Assembly (NCBI GenBank): GCA_963733195.1
Contig: CAVTCR010000084.1
Span: 1 to 58,711 of the forward strand
DNA: 58,711 bases
Source: an uncultured delta proteobacterium
GTDB lineage: Bacteria > Desulfobacterota > Binatia > Bin18
Direction of reading: 5' to 3'
Below the pieces are notes generated by a model, which made no database searches, was not told the origin of the DNA, and saw nothing but the letters and a program-made list of their open reading frames with translations. The translations under genes were made by a program, and so were the position numbers. This document shows positions 36,237 through 47,800 of the stretch, piece after piece. Every line of letters starts with the position of its first letter. Positions within the stretch are counted from its first letter, which is position 1.

Positions 36237-36292
36237 CCTAACCTTAAATTCTAAACCTGAACTTTGAACCTTAACCATTGAACCTTGAACTT
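36237..36292 (-). repeat. Heptamer array right of the four-helix-bundle gene
   Basis: ctgaactttgaaccttaaccattgaaccttgaac, the reverse complement of the left-hand motif. Confidence 0.75.
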
Positions 36293-36294
36293 CC

Positions 36295-37968
36295 TTATTT
36301 CACCTCAATCGGAATCCGCTTGGCGACAAGGCCTGGTGACGCAGGTACGGTGATCTCCAGGCAACCGTTGGCATAACTCGCTGTTATGCGATCCGCAGAC
36401 AGACCCTGGGGGATGGAGAGGCTACATTCAAACCATTCTTCGGTGCTTTCCGTAGAAGCGGCATTGCCGTTCTGCGTCGTCTGACCGACTATGCGTGCAC
36501 CTTTGAGAATGAGTTGATCACCCAAGAGTAAGAGGCCCATCGCTCTAGGGTCTACCTCTGACAAGGCAACACGGAAAATGAGCTTCTCATTCTCACGACT
36601 GCTTTCGACAACTGGCGACCAGGTGCTTGCCTGCGTACTGTTGCGAAAGAACATCTCCCAACCGTTAAAAAAGCGCACGAAGCGACGGTCCACTTCAGAA
36701 GACAGCGAGGTTGCCTGCTGTCCCATCGGTTGCGCATCATCAACGTCCGTTGACACCGCACCATGCGTCACAGTTTCTCCCCAGAGAAACGTCAGCATGT
36801 CCTTGAGATGCGCCCGCCAGCTTGTCCAATTGTGCCCGCCGATCAACTCCTGATAGAGACATGGGCAGCCCTGCGCTTCCAACAGCGGGATAAGTCGTTT
36901 GTGAGCCGGAATAAATTGCGGTTCGTATTTCCCCACATCGTAGTAGAATGCAAGCGGCATACGCAGCTCAGCTACCAACGCTGACAGTCTTTTTGCTTTT
37001 CCCCAAGGGTTTTGTGAGGCCCCAAAGCGCTTGAGCATATCTGTGACAAAAGAGGCGGAGCGTTCGCCTTCCATTAAGAAAAGCGCACTCGACTGTCCAG
37101 CGACTTTGGAAAATAGATGTGGCCGCGATAAACCCAGATACGTCGAGATGAGCCCTCCCATCGACGCGCCCAGCACGCCTCGTCCCTCACGTCGCGCTAG
37201 CGTGCGGTAGGTTTTGTCGATGTGGGGAATTAGCTCTGTCTCCGTGAAGCGACCATAATCCTCGTTGGCCCAGTATTCACGAATACGATCGATCGGATCA
37301 ACCATCACCGCCATGAGCGGTGGAATCTCTTGATTGTGAATCAGGTTGTCCAAAATGGTCGGCAAGCGCGCTCGTGTCAGATATTCACCGCCATCGTGGA
37401 CATAGAGCACAGGAAAGCGCTCGTTCACACGATCGTCATAACCAGGCGGCAGGTAGACATACACGTGCCGCTTGTTGTGTAGCACGTCACTGTCAAATTC
37501 AAACTCTTGGACGTGCCCGTGTGGAACGCTGGCACTCACTTCGAGTTCTGGCGGGTCACGCAGATCTCCAACGACGAAAGACGAGTTCTTTTCGCCGATC
37601 CCGTTATCAATACTGTTCGGACAGAAGGGATCAAGTTCCCATTCTCCATCGACGATCAACTTGTACTCGACACGCACCGGCCCTTGAAAATCCATGGTGC
37701 GATAAAAGATCCCCGTTTTTCCCAGTGGGAGCAGAGGTGTACCACGGCGGTCCCATTGATTGAACTCGCCAGTGACGGCGACTTGGCGGGCTTCAGGATC
37801 GTAGTAGACAAAATGCACAGACGATCCATCGATCATCGGCGAGCCAACCGCCTTGAGGACTTGGATGAAACGCTCAATTTCGTCGTGGAGTTCATTCTCC
37901 TTGGCTTGTTCCAACCGTCGTCGCCAAGTCGGAAAGGTTGGTGCTGCCTCTTCACGTATGGTTTCCAT
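36295..37968 (-). CDS. CBM48/AMPK-beta-like domain + Fes-type alpha/beta esterase + Hsp20-like domain fusion
   Basis: VAVTGEFNQW...EYKLIVDGEWELDP; GASMGG nucleophile, GGHNW; C-terminal ITASYANGCLEITVP...KRIPIEVK; single open frame of 557 aa. Confidence 0.85.
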   Translation of the reverse strand: METIREEAAPTFPTWRRRLEQAKENELHDEIERFIQVLKAVGSPMIDGSSVHFVYYDPEARQVAVTGEFNQWDRRGTPLLPLGKTGIFYRTMDFQGPVRVEYKLIVDGEWELDPFCPNSIDNGIGEKNSSFVVGDLRDPPELEVSASVPHGHVQEFEFDSDVLHNKRHVYVYLPPGYDDRVNERFPVLYVHDGGEYLTRARLPTILDNLIHNQEIPPLMAVMVDPIDRIREYWANEDYGRFTETELIPHIDKTYRTLARREGRGVLGASMGGLISTYLGLSRPHLFSKVAGQSSALFLMEGERSASFVTDMLKRFGASQNPWGKAKRLSALVAELRMPLAFYYDVGKYEPQFIPAHKRLIPLLEAQGCPCLYQELIGGHNWTSWRAHLKDMLTFLWGETVTHGAVSTDVDDAQPMGQQATSLSSEVDRRFVRFFNGWEMFFRNSTQASTWSPVVESSRENEKLIFRVALSEVDPRAMGLLLLGDQLILKGARIVGQTTQNGNAASTESTEEWFECSLSIPQGLSADRITASYANGCLEITVPASPGLVAKRIPIEVK

Positions 37969-37990
37969 GATCTTCCACTCTCTTTCTCCC

Positions 37991-38547
37991 TCAGCCTGGG
38001 AATCGTTCCGCAGACAAAAACTTCACTTCGCGTCGTAAGCTTTCATCAGTAGTATACTGCTGGATCACCTCTCTGAGGCGACCGAGGTGTTTATCTTTGC
38101 TTTCGACGTTGGTGGGAAATCCTAGATCTGCCAGATTACTCGCCGAGACCAACAACTCGCGCATAAAGTCGAGTTCCGAACACTCTAGCTCCCACGTGAT
38201 CCGCAGGGCCTGATCCAAAGAGGGATTCTCCATTGTCTGGCGATGGTACTCGGCAACACGCGTCACTAAGTCACTGATAATGTCGAGCGGCAAGAGGAAC
38301 GATTTGGCCTGAAACACGCCAGAGAGCAGGCCTTTGTTGACAGCGCGAATCAGCGCGGCATGTCCGCCTTCTTCAAGCGCCATCGCACTCCACAATGTCC
38401 GCAGTTCGGGGTTTTGTCCGAAGGCGGCGGCGAAATTTACATAGATCTCCCCGACTTGAGATTCGACTTTCGCGTGGGTATCAAGGATCTCACTGAGCGG
38501 TGGGACCTTGTGCTGGTGGGTTCATCGGCTTTTTCCTCGGTACTCAT
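37991..38547 (-). CDS. Ferritin-like/rubrerythrin-like four-helix protein (frameshift near the N-terminus)
   Basis: RBS GGAGGA; E..GEIY..FA...LWSAMALEEGGH (ExxH) ... ELECSE ... KHL. Confidence 0.6.
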
Positions 38548-38750
38548 GGCTTCCTCCTACGGCTGCGCAGAGGCAGCGCGGCTATGTCTCTTATACAAGA
38601 GCGAGGAAAGGCGAGTAAAGCGTGTCTCTAAGAAGACGACAAATTCCCGTAGCGTGCGCCATGCGCACGAAAGAGGATAGGAAATCATGGCGCAGCGCAC
38701 GCTACCGTGAAAGTGTACAATGTCGGTGATTCGCTTGCGCAAAGTGCGGG

Positions 38751-39065
38751 TTATTGAGTCCCGACCTCCGCCTCAACGCAGACAGGCGTGACCCTATGAC
38801 CCTCGGCACGGGTGAGGTCGGCTTCCTCAGCCGCGCGAAACTCATCTGCTGGCGCTTCGCATCGCAAACATTGGCGAAAAGCTGATTCGTAGAGGAAACG
38901 TTCTTTGTCGGTCAATTGGTAGCGGGCAAGAAAGCGATCATTGACAGCTTTCTCTTCTGGAGTCATGACGTAGTGCACCCAGCCGCATTCCGGGCAAGTC
39001 AGAAACCGCCTGTTCAACAAGACAGCCCGAGAACCGGAAGATATTTCGCTTTCGCTAGACGACAT
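38751..39065 (-). CDS. Small CxxC...CxxC zinc-ribbon hypothetical protein
   Basis: TCPECGWVHY and QCLRC; 104 aa from ATG 39065. Confidence 0.65.
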   Translation of the reverse strand: MSSSESEISSGSRAVLLNRRFLTCPECGWVHYVMTPEEKAVNDRFLARYQLTDKERFLYESAFRQCLRCEAPADEFRAAEEADLTRAEGHRVTPVCVEAEVGTQ

Positions 39066-39204
39066 CAGGCTCGTTCCCTCTCTTTGGTCATACCACGGTA
39101 CCGTGGGCGGAGCAATCTTTGTAAAGGGAGAAGCCTTTAGCCTGCAGGCTATAGCCTTTCTTGTTCCTCTTGACCATAACCGGTAGCGGACGTAAGGGTA
39201 CGCC

Positions 39205-41053
39205 ATGCAGACGCAGGATTTTTGCCAGTCTCCGGTGCATGTCTGCTGCTCCTCATTACGTTGCAGTGTTACCGGCCCTGGGATTGATCTTTTACGTCAA
39301 CCTTGAGCAACGTCGGTTGGCAGCAACCCAGGTGCAGGACAATGCCCTCCGTTTCGCACGTCTTGCTGCCGCCGAACAAGCACAACTCGTACAAGGAACA
39401 CATCAACTGTTGGCAGCCTTGGCGTATCTTCCGGTCGTGCGTAACCAAGAATCCGACTGGAATGCAGCGCGTTATTCGCTACTCTGCTCAAACACTATCC
39501 GGCTTATGCGAACTTGGGTGTGATCCCGCCTAATGGGGAACCCTTCTGTAGTGCGGTGCCCCTCACCCAACCACATCAGACACGAATGCTTCACTATGCG
39601 TGGTTCCAGCGTACGGTCAGCACTAAAGAATTCACTGTTGGTGAATACCAGAAGAGCTCAGCCACAGGAACCTTCACCTCGTCCTCGGCTATCCCATTCT
39701 CGATGACGCAAATCAGGTGCAAGGAGTCGTGGCGGCGGCACTTGATCTCGGCCGACTCAACCAACTCGCCGCGCAGGCACAACTCCCCCCAGGATCCACC
39801 TCACCGCAGTTGATCGCAACGGCACGATTATTGCTCGCTATCCTGACCAGAGCGCTGGCTCGGTCAAGCATTCCCAGAAGCTCCGCTCATCAAAGCCTGT
39901 TGACGCAGAGAGAAGGAACCGCGGAGTTGCAGGCGTAGACGGGATCCAGCGCTTGTATGCATTCGCTCAGGCGCATGACGGGCAGCCGATGTCGGGCTGG
40001 TCCGTAAGTATCGGCATTCCTACCGAAGTGGCGTTCGCGGCTGTTCATCGACGCCTGATACGCAACTCGATCACTCTGGGATTGATTTTCCTCTTCATGG
40101 TCATCACCGCCTGGATCGGCAGCGACGTCCTTGTTTTGCGCCCCGTCAAAGCACTGGTACGTGCCACTCAACGGTTACGCTCAGGAGACTTAGAAGCACG
40201 AACGGAAATTCCTGCTGGGGATGGAGAATTGCATCAATTAGCCACTGCCTTTGACTCTATGGCCGACGCCCTGGCCCAACACGAGGCTGAGCGTACACGG
40301 ACGGAGGCAACCCTACAGCGTTTGTCCCGTAGCTTGTTAGAAGCTCAGGAAAGCGAACGACGTGCGATCGCACGCGAGTTACATGATGAGTTGGGACAGT
40401 CTCTCCAGGCAATAAAAATCAACTTACAAACCGCTCAACGCTTTCCCCAAGAAAGAACAGATCGGTTGATGGAGAGCATTGAGCTTGTCGACCATACTAT
40501 TCAGCAGGTGCGTGCGTTGTCGGTTGATCTCCGTCCTTCGCTTCTTGACGATCTCGGTCTTGTGGCAGCCCTGGAGTGGTACATCGACCGGCAAGCTCAA
40601 CGGTTCGGATTCATCGGACGCTTTGTCGCCACACCTTATGATCTACACCTCAATTCCACAGCCGAAACCACCTGCTTCCGTATTGTGCAAGAAGCACTGA
40701 CGAACGTTGCTCGCCATGCTAAGGCTACGCACGTGTGGGTTGAATTGCAGCAACAAGCCAAAGAATTACATCTCGTGATCCGCGACGACGGAGTGGGATG
40801 TGATGTCCATGCAATGCAAGAGCGTGCAATCCAAGGTGCAAGCTTTGGGTTGTTGGGCATGCGCGAGCGAGCAGAACTGACAGGGGGAACATTTACCATG
40901 CACTCCGCACCAGCCCAAGGAACAGAGATTCACCTCTGCTTTCCACTGCAGTCAGTCTTGCTGATGGATCAGGCACCACACACACCCACTCTGCACACAA
41001 CCGTACTGAAGGACGACGTGAACCATGCAACCAGGGTGCAATATAAGGAATGA
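39205..41053 (+). CDS. Membrane sensor histidine kinase (sensor-HAMP-HisKA_3-HATPase), N-terminal half frameshifted
   Basis: ERRAIARELHDELGQ, FRIVQEALTNVARHA, DDGVG, FGLLGMRERA. Confidence 0.9.
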
Positions 41054-41056
41054 GCA

Positions 41057-41737
41057 ATGAGTCAGGCACCAATTCGGGTACTGCTGGCCGACGACCACGC
41101 CTTGTTTCGAGCTGGCGTGCGTATGCTCCTCGAACATATGGATGGCGTTGAAGTCATCGGCGAAGTGGCTGATGGACGCGAAGCGGTGCGGTTAAGCGGA
41201 AGCTTGCAGCCAGATGTGGTGTTGATGGACATCACGATGACAGGGCTCAACGGCTTGGAGGCCACAGCTCAGGTAGTAGCAGACTGTCCTCGGACACGGG
41301 TGATTATCGTGTCGATGCATCTGAACGAACAGTATGTGATGCAGGCTGTACGTGCTGGGGCTGCAGGCTATTTGTTGAAAGATGCGGCCTCGAATGAACT
41401 CGAACAAGCGGTGAGGGCTGTCGCTCGTGGCGATACCTACTTAGATCAGGCCGCATCAAAGCATTTGCTTACAGCGTATCGTGGACGTCGTGAGACCAAA
41501 ACTGAAAGTGAGGAACATGAGCCGACACCCACCGATGTCCTCACGCCTCGGCAACGAGAGATTCTACAGTTGATCGCCGAAGGACACACCACCAAAGAGA
41601 TCGCCTCATTACTGCACCGCAGCGAGAAAACCATCGAAGGACACCGGTCGCGACTGATGAGCCAGCTCGACATTCATGATGTGGTTGGACTGGTGCGTTA
41701 TGCCATCCGTATTGGGCTGATTCCGCCGGATCGATGA
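41057..41737 (+). CDS. NarL/FixJ family response regulator
   Basis: LADDH, LMDI, LLK receiver plus LTPRQREILQLIAEG LuxR-type HTH. Confidence 0.95.
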   Translation: MSQAPIRVLLADDHALFRAGVRMLLEHMDGVEVIGEVADGREAVRLSGSLQPDVVLMDITMTGLNGLEATAQVVADCPRTRVIIVSMHLNEQYVMQAVRAGAAGYLLKDAASNELEQAVRAVARGDTYLDQAASKHLLTAYRGRRETKTESEEHEPTPTDVLTPRQREILQLIAEGHTTKEIASLLHRSEKTIEGHRSRLMSQLDIHDVVGLVRYAIRIGLIPPDR

Positions 41738-41748
41738 GTTTGCTCTTT

Positions 41749-41816
41749 TGTAGGCCGGGATAAGGCAATAGGCCGTTTCCGGCCATCATACCGGAAACAC
41801 TACGCTTATTTCGACC
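41749..41816. repeat. REP-like element (GTAGGCCGGGATAAGGC...)
   Basis: GTAG-family palindromic unit just after the response regulator stop. Confidence 0.6.
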
Positions 41817-41994
41817 TCTCTTGGAAGGGCGGCTCCTGCCTTGTCGCTTTTTGCCTACAGCCTATAGCCTTTTTCTTTGGCCTCAAGCCTTTTTTAGAGG
41901 GTTTTCCCTCTAGTCGTTTTGCAAGCTTCCCTCCCTCGACTTTGCAGGGTTTGCCGACTGGCTTGGATCACCGATGTTGCGTAGATTAGGACGC

Positions 41995-42399
41995 ATGAAG
42001 AGCACTGAACCAACCGCGCTGCGCATCCTCCTGGTGGACGATAGCCCCGCCTTCCTGCACGCAGCAACGCGAGCGTTAGCTCCTGACTCACGCATCGACA
42101 TCGTTGGCAAAGCATCGTCAGGGCACGAAGCGATAGCTTTGGTGCCTCAGGTCCAGCCCGATGTCGTGCTGATGGATGTCGCCATGCCAGGTATGAACGG
42201 CTTCGAGGCCACGCGTCAGATCAAGGCCCAACCGAACCCACCCCGTGTATTCGTACTGACCTCGCACGACCTGGCCCACTATCGTACCGCAGCGGAAGCA
42301 GCGGGAGCAGATAACTTTGTCAATAAAGCGGACTTCGGTACCGAGTTACTTCCACTGATTGATAACATGCTCGCAGAACGAGCGATATTAGAATCGTAA
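41995..42399 (+). CDS. Stand-alone receiver-domain response regulator
   Basis: LLVDD, LMDVAMPGMNG, LTS, VNK. Confidence 0.9.
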   Translation: MKSTEPTALRILLVDDSPAFLHAATRALAPDSRIDIVGKASSGHEAIALVPQVQPDVVLMDVAMPGMNGFEATRQIKAQPNPPRVFVLTSHDLAHYRTAAEAAGADNFVNKADFGTELLPLIDNMLAERAILES

Positions 42400-42666
42400 C
42401 ATGCAAGGTCGCGTCAGAGGGGAATCACACCATGTTAGAAACGAACAAACAGACGAAACAGCAACACACAAGAAGGTATCGTCGTGTCAGACCTAGACGG
42501 AGTGGTGATTGCCTGGCGGGATGGACTGGCGCGTCGTTTCTCCTGGGATCAGCTTCGTCAACTAAGCATGAATGAAAAAATGAGCGGGCAAAGTGCGCAA
42601 CAAGAATTCGCACTTGTCCAGCGCGCAGCCTAATAACCCTAACTGATTTAGAAAGAGGAGGTTCCC

Positions 42667-43410
42667 ATGTCGTTTTATATGAAGCGGTCATATGTCGATA
42701 CCCAGCCGGGGATCGAACTCGTCAATATTCATTACACCTGGACACCAGTCGGACAACAGCCCAATTGGGAGGCTCATCGTGAGACACGTGCGATGCCCCG
42801 TGGTGGCGTGCTCGTGCGCGGCATGGGCGGCACAACTCTTGATGAGACAGGGAATTCTATTCAGACCGCGAGCCAGACCGTGGAGTTGCCCGACGATGGC
42901 ACCCGGCGCAAGGTGATCCGTGTCCCGTTCGACGTGTGGGACCCGGCCCAGAACGCGCATGTTGAAAACTATGACCTGCATCATTATTTCGAGGTCTTCC
43001 GCGAGGGCAAGCGGGAACTGAGCCCTGTCTACACGGAAGAAATCGTCAGCCAGGAAGTCGAGTTTGTCGATCAACAAGGCACCCTGGGCGGAATGTGCAT
43101 CTACTGGAGCCTCTACGATTGGGACGCGCCGCAATATCAGCCCACCGAATCCCCAGAATTCATCGAGAAATACGGCGAAGACAGTCCGTATCGCTCGTTC
43201 AAGTTCTATGGGTCGCCAGATATGGAAGAATTTAGCCGCATACGGACAGAGATGTTAAAGACGTTGCCGACGCCACGACGCTTCGTCGGCAAGATTCGTG
43301 GGCCCAAGGGGGCACAAGTTGTGCAGAGCTGGCACGTGGGCGGCATGTGGGTACCCAACAAACTTGAGCGCTGGGAAAGCTACTGGGGCAATAACGTCCG
43401 CACGCTATAA
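42667..43410 (+). CDS. Uncharacterised two-domain protein (family member P3)
   Basis: RBS AGAGGAGG; 247 aa; long identical blocks with P1 (WEAHRETRAMPRGGVLVRGMGGTT, WSLYDWDAPQYQPTE). Confidence 0.85.
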   Translation: MSFYMKRSYVDTQPGIELVNIHYTWTPVGQQPNWEAHRETRAMPRGGVLVRGMGGTTLDETGNSIQTASQTVELPDDGTRRKVIRVPFDVWDPAQNAHVENYDLHHYFEVFREGKRELSPVYTEEIVSQEVEFVDQQGTLGGMCIYWSLYDWDAPQYQPTESPEFIEKYGEDSPYRSFKFYGSPDMEEFSRIRTEMLKTLPTPRRFVGKIRGPKGAQVVQSWHVGGMWVPNKLERWESYWGNNVRTL

Positions 43411-43571
43411 AAAATGGCAACGGATAAAGGATAAAGGGGAAGGGATAATAAGGAAGAAATAAGTTTTTCTGAGGTAACTCTAGAAAGTGTGGAAACGGGA
43501 GTCAGGCGGCGTATCCTCTCGGGTGATCTAACCCACCGGGCTATAACCCGGGCAGAGAAGGAGGAAACGCC

Positions 43572-44825
43572 ATGGACGAAGCCGCACCCCACCACACCAG
43601 AGCCAAAGGCCAGCAGGACCTGGGAGCACTTAGAAGATTTTGTCCGCGAGCATGTCCAGCAATTCATCCAAGCCCTGTTAGAAGAAGAAGTCACCGAGTT
43701 ATTAGGGCGGACGAAATCAGCCCGGCGGGAGGCCGTCGATGCGGCCCCAGGGTATCGCAATGGCTATGGCAAACCCCGACGGCTGACGCTTGACCAACGG
43801 GACCATCACCGTACGTCGGCCCCGCGTCCGAGACCTCAACGAGCGGTTTGTCAGTCGGGTGTTGCCGCTGTTCAAGCGCCAGACCAAGGAGGTCGGCGAG
43901 CTGCTGCCCCAACTCTATCTCCATGGGTTAGCCTTGGGTGACTTTGAGTTAGCGTTACGCGGGCTCTTGGGTGAGGGTGCGCCGCTATCTCCGGCCTCGC
44001 TGCTGCGGCTGAAGACACAATGGCAGGGAGAGTATGAGACATGGAAGCAACGGCGGCTGGATGACCTGGAAGTCGTCTACATGTGGGCCGATGGGCTGTA
44101 TGTGAAAGCGGGGCTGGAAGATACGAAAGCGGCACTGCTGGTGATGATCGGAGTCCTCACCAACGGCCAGAAAGTCGTCTTAGCGGTAGAGAGTGGGCAA
44201 CGAGAGTCCAAAGAGTCGTGGGGGATGATGTTACGAGACTTACGCAAGCGGGGCCTCAAGCCCTGGCGGTGCACGATTGCCGATGGGCATCTGGGTTTGT
44301 GGGCGGCATTGGGTGAGCAATATCCGACACTCGCAGAGCAAAGATGCTGGAACCATAGAATTATCAACGTCTTGGATGCGATGCCGAAGAAACACCAGGC
44401 CGAGGCACGTACGCTGCTGTGTGCCATGCCCTATGCTGAGACGCAAGCGGCCTGTGAGGCACTCCGAGCAGAGTTCACCACTCGCTATCGGAAGTTGGCA
44501 CCTAAGGCAGTGGAGCGGCTGGCTGATGATTGGGAACGGCTCGTGACCTTCTACCAGTTTCCCCGCGAGCACTGGCCGCACTTGCAGCACGACGAACGTC
44601 GTCGAGTCGCCCTTTGCCACGGTGCGGCTGCGCACCACGGCGGCCAAGCGCTTCAAGAAGGTCGAGAATGCGACGGCGTTGATCTGGAAGATGTTGCAGG
44701 TGGCCGAATCTACGTTCCGCCGACTCAAAGGAGCGGAGTTATTGCCTGCCGTGTATGCGGGCGACGCAGTACGTGGATGGCATGAAACGGACCCCATGAG
44801 CCTGCGACAGCGGCTAGCAGCATGA
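43572..44825 (+). CDS. IS256 family transposase (frameshifted)
   Basis: YRNGY, VYMWADGLYVK, IADG..GL, QRCWNH, (T)TNVVESPF. Confidence 0.92.
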
Positions 44826-44895
44826 CCAGGTGAGGGAGACGGCCTGCGGGTTGTCCTGAGGCAGGCGAAGGAGTAAAGAGGCCGGAGGGCAGGCC

Positions 44896-47800
44896 ATGAC
44901 TTTCGATGAAGTGCTTGGGCAGGTGCAAGAGCTGCTGCAGCGTGAGAAGCGGGTCTCCTACCGGGGCTTAAAGCGGCGGTTTGCCCTGGATGACGAGTAT
45001 CTGGAAGACCTCAAAGAAGAACTCATCGGCGCCAAGCGACTCGCGGCCGATGAAGACGGGCGCTTTCTGGTTTGGACGGGAAGCCTCGCGCAGTGCCAGG
45101 TTCCACCTTCCAGTTTCAGGCTCCCAACCCCTCACGCCTCACTCCCCACCCCAGCGGCCTACACGCCGCCACACCTGGCCGCGCGCATCCGTGCCGAGCA
45201 AGCGGCGATGGAAGCGCGCGGAGCCATGGACGGCGAGCGCAAGACGATCACGGCCTTGTTTGCCGATCTCAAAGGCTCGACGGCACTTGATCGAAGGGCT
45301 CGATCCCGGAAGAGGCCCGGGCGATTATTGACCCTGCGTTACAGCTCATGATGGATGCCATCCATCGCTATGAGGGCTATGTGGCGCAAGCGCTAGGGGA
45401 TGGCATCTTTGCGCTCTTTGGCGCGCCCATTGCCCACGAAGATCATCCCCAACGTGCCCTCTACGCCGCTCTGCGCATGCAGGAGGAGATGCGCCGGTAT
45501 AGCGATCAGTCACGTCTCAAAGTGGCTATCCCCCTGCAGATGCGCGTTGGGATCAACACCGGGGAAGTCGTGGTGCGCTCGATTCAAAAAGATGACTTGC
45601 ATACGGACTATGTCCCGGTGGGCCATGCCACCAACCTGGCCGCACGCATGGAACAGATAGCGACGCCGGGCTCGATTCTGGTCACGGCCTACACGCACAA
45701 GCTGACGGACGGCTACTTTGCGTTCAGGGCGCTGGGCCTAGCGGAGATCAAAGGGGTCGAAGAGCCGCTCAACGTCTACGAAGTGCTCGGCGCAGGCCCG
45801 CTCCGAACGCGTTTCCACGTGACCGCCCGCCGGGGCCTGACCCGCTTTGTCGGGCGGCACAAGGGAACTGGAGGCGCTCCAGCAGGCGCTTGGGGCAAGC
45901 GAGAGCAGGCCACGGGCAAATCGTGGGGGTGATGGGCGAGCCGGGGCTGGGGAAATCCCGCCTGTTCTATGAATTCAAGCTGACCGCGCAAAGCGGGTGC
46001 CTCGTCCTGGAAGCCTACTCCGTCTCGCACGGGAAAGCCTCGCCCTATCTCCCGGTCATCGAACTGCTCAAGAGCTACTTCCAGATTCAAGCTGCATGAT
46101 GACGAGCGGACAGCGGCGCGAGAAAGTTGACGGGAAGGTGCTTGATGCTAGACCGCAGCCTGGAAGATACCCTCCGTATCTGTTTGCGCTGCTGGGCATC
46201 GACGACCAGCCACTGCCAGTTGCAACAGATGGACCCCCAGATCCGGCGGCGGCGGACGTTTGAGGCGGTGAAGCGGCTAGTCTTGCGTGAGAGTCTCAAC
46301 CAACCGCTGATCCTGATCTTTGAAGACCTGCACTGGATCGATGGCGAAACTCAGGGGCTTCCTCGATGCGCTGAGCGAGAGTGTGGCCACGTGCCAAGAT
46401 CTTATTGCTGATGAACTATCGCCCCGAGTATCGGTCCGAGTGGGGGCAGAAGACGTATTACACGCAACTGCGTCTCGCGCCGTTAGGCAAGGCGGAGGCC
46501 GAGGAGTTGCTCTACCTGTACTTGTTGGGCAAGCGACGCGCAGCCTCACCGCCTTAAAACACCTGATTCTGGAGAAGACCGAAGGCACGCCGTTCTTTAT
46601 GGAAGAGGTGGTGCAGACGTTAGCCGAGGAAGGCGTCCTTGGCGGCGAGCGTGGGCACTACCGGCTTAGCGCAGAAGCGCCGCCGGCATCTGCATATCTC
46701 CCCGACCGTGCAAGGGGTGTTGGCGGCGCGCATCGACCGCCTGGCTCCTGACGAGAAAGCCCTGCTGCAGCACCTCGCGGTCATTGGTCGTGAGTTTCCC
46801 TTGAGTCTGGTGCGCCAGGTTATCCCCCAGTCCGAAGAGGAACTGTATCGGCTGTTGCCAGCGTTGCAGCGCAAAGAGTTTCTCTATGAACAGCCCGCGT
46901 TTCCCGAGGTGGAGTATATCTTCAAGCACGCCCTCACTCAGGAAGTGGCCTACGGCACGGTGCTCCAAGAGCGGCGCAAAGCCCTGCACGAGAAAATCGC
47001 GCAGGCGATTGAAGCCTTGTACCACGCAAACCTCGAAGACCATTACAGCAACCTGGCGCATCATTACAGTCGCAGTGGCAATGCCGCAAAGGCCGTGGAG
47101 TATCTCAGCCTAGCGGGACAACAAGCGGCGCGGCAGTCGGCGCACGCGGAAGCCATCACCCACCTCACCGCGGCTCTTGCCTTGCTCAAGACCCTGCCGG
47201 ACACCGCCGCCCGAGCCCGCCAAGAACTGACCCTCCACCTGAGTCTCGGCGCTTCGTTGATGGCCACGAAGGGGTATGCTGCTGCCGAAGTGGAACAGAC
47301 CTACACCCGCGCGCAGGAGCTGTGTCTGCAAGGAGGGGAGCCGCTCCAGGTCGCGCAAGTCCTGTATGGGCGGTGGGCATTTTACGATGTGCGAGGGAAT
47401 CACACCAGCGGCGCGCGCCTTGGGGGAACAGTTACTCACCATCGCCCAAAGCCAGCAGGATTCCACCCTATCCCTCGTGGTCCATGCAATGTTAGGGGAA
47501 ACGTTGCTCTTTCGTGGAGAGTTCACCGCCGCGCAAGCGCATTGTGACCAAGCTGGGGCTTTCTACGACTCCGGGCACCACCGCGACCTGGCCTACCAGA
47601 TGGGACAGGACCCGGGATTACTGGCGCTGGGCGATGCCGCGAAGGCCCTCTGGTATCGTGGCTACCCAGACCAGGCCTTGGAGCGCGTCCGGCACTGTGC
47701 TCTCCTTAGCCCAAGCCCTGGCGCATCCCTTGAGCTTGGCGGAGGCGCTATGTGCTGTGGCCCACGTGCATCTGTTCCGCCGCGAGGGCCAAGAGGCCCA

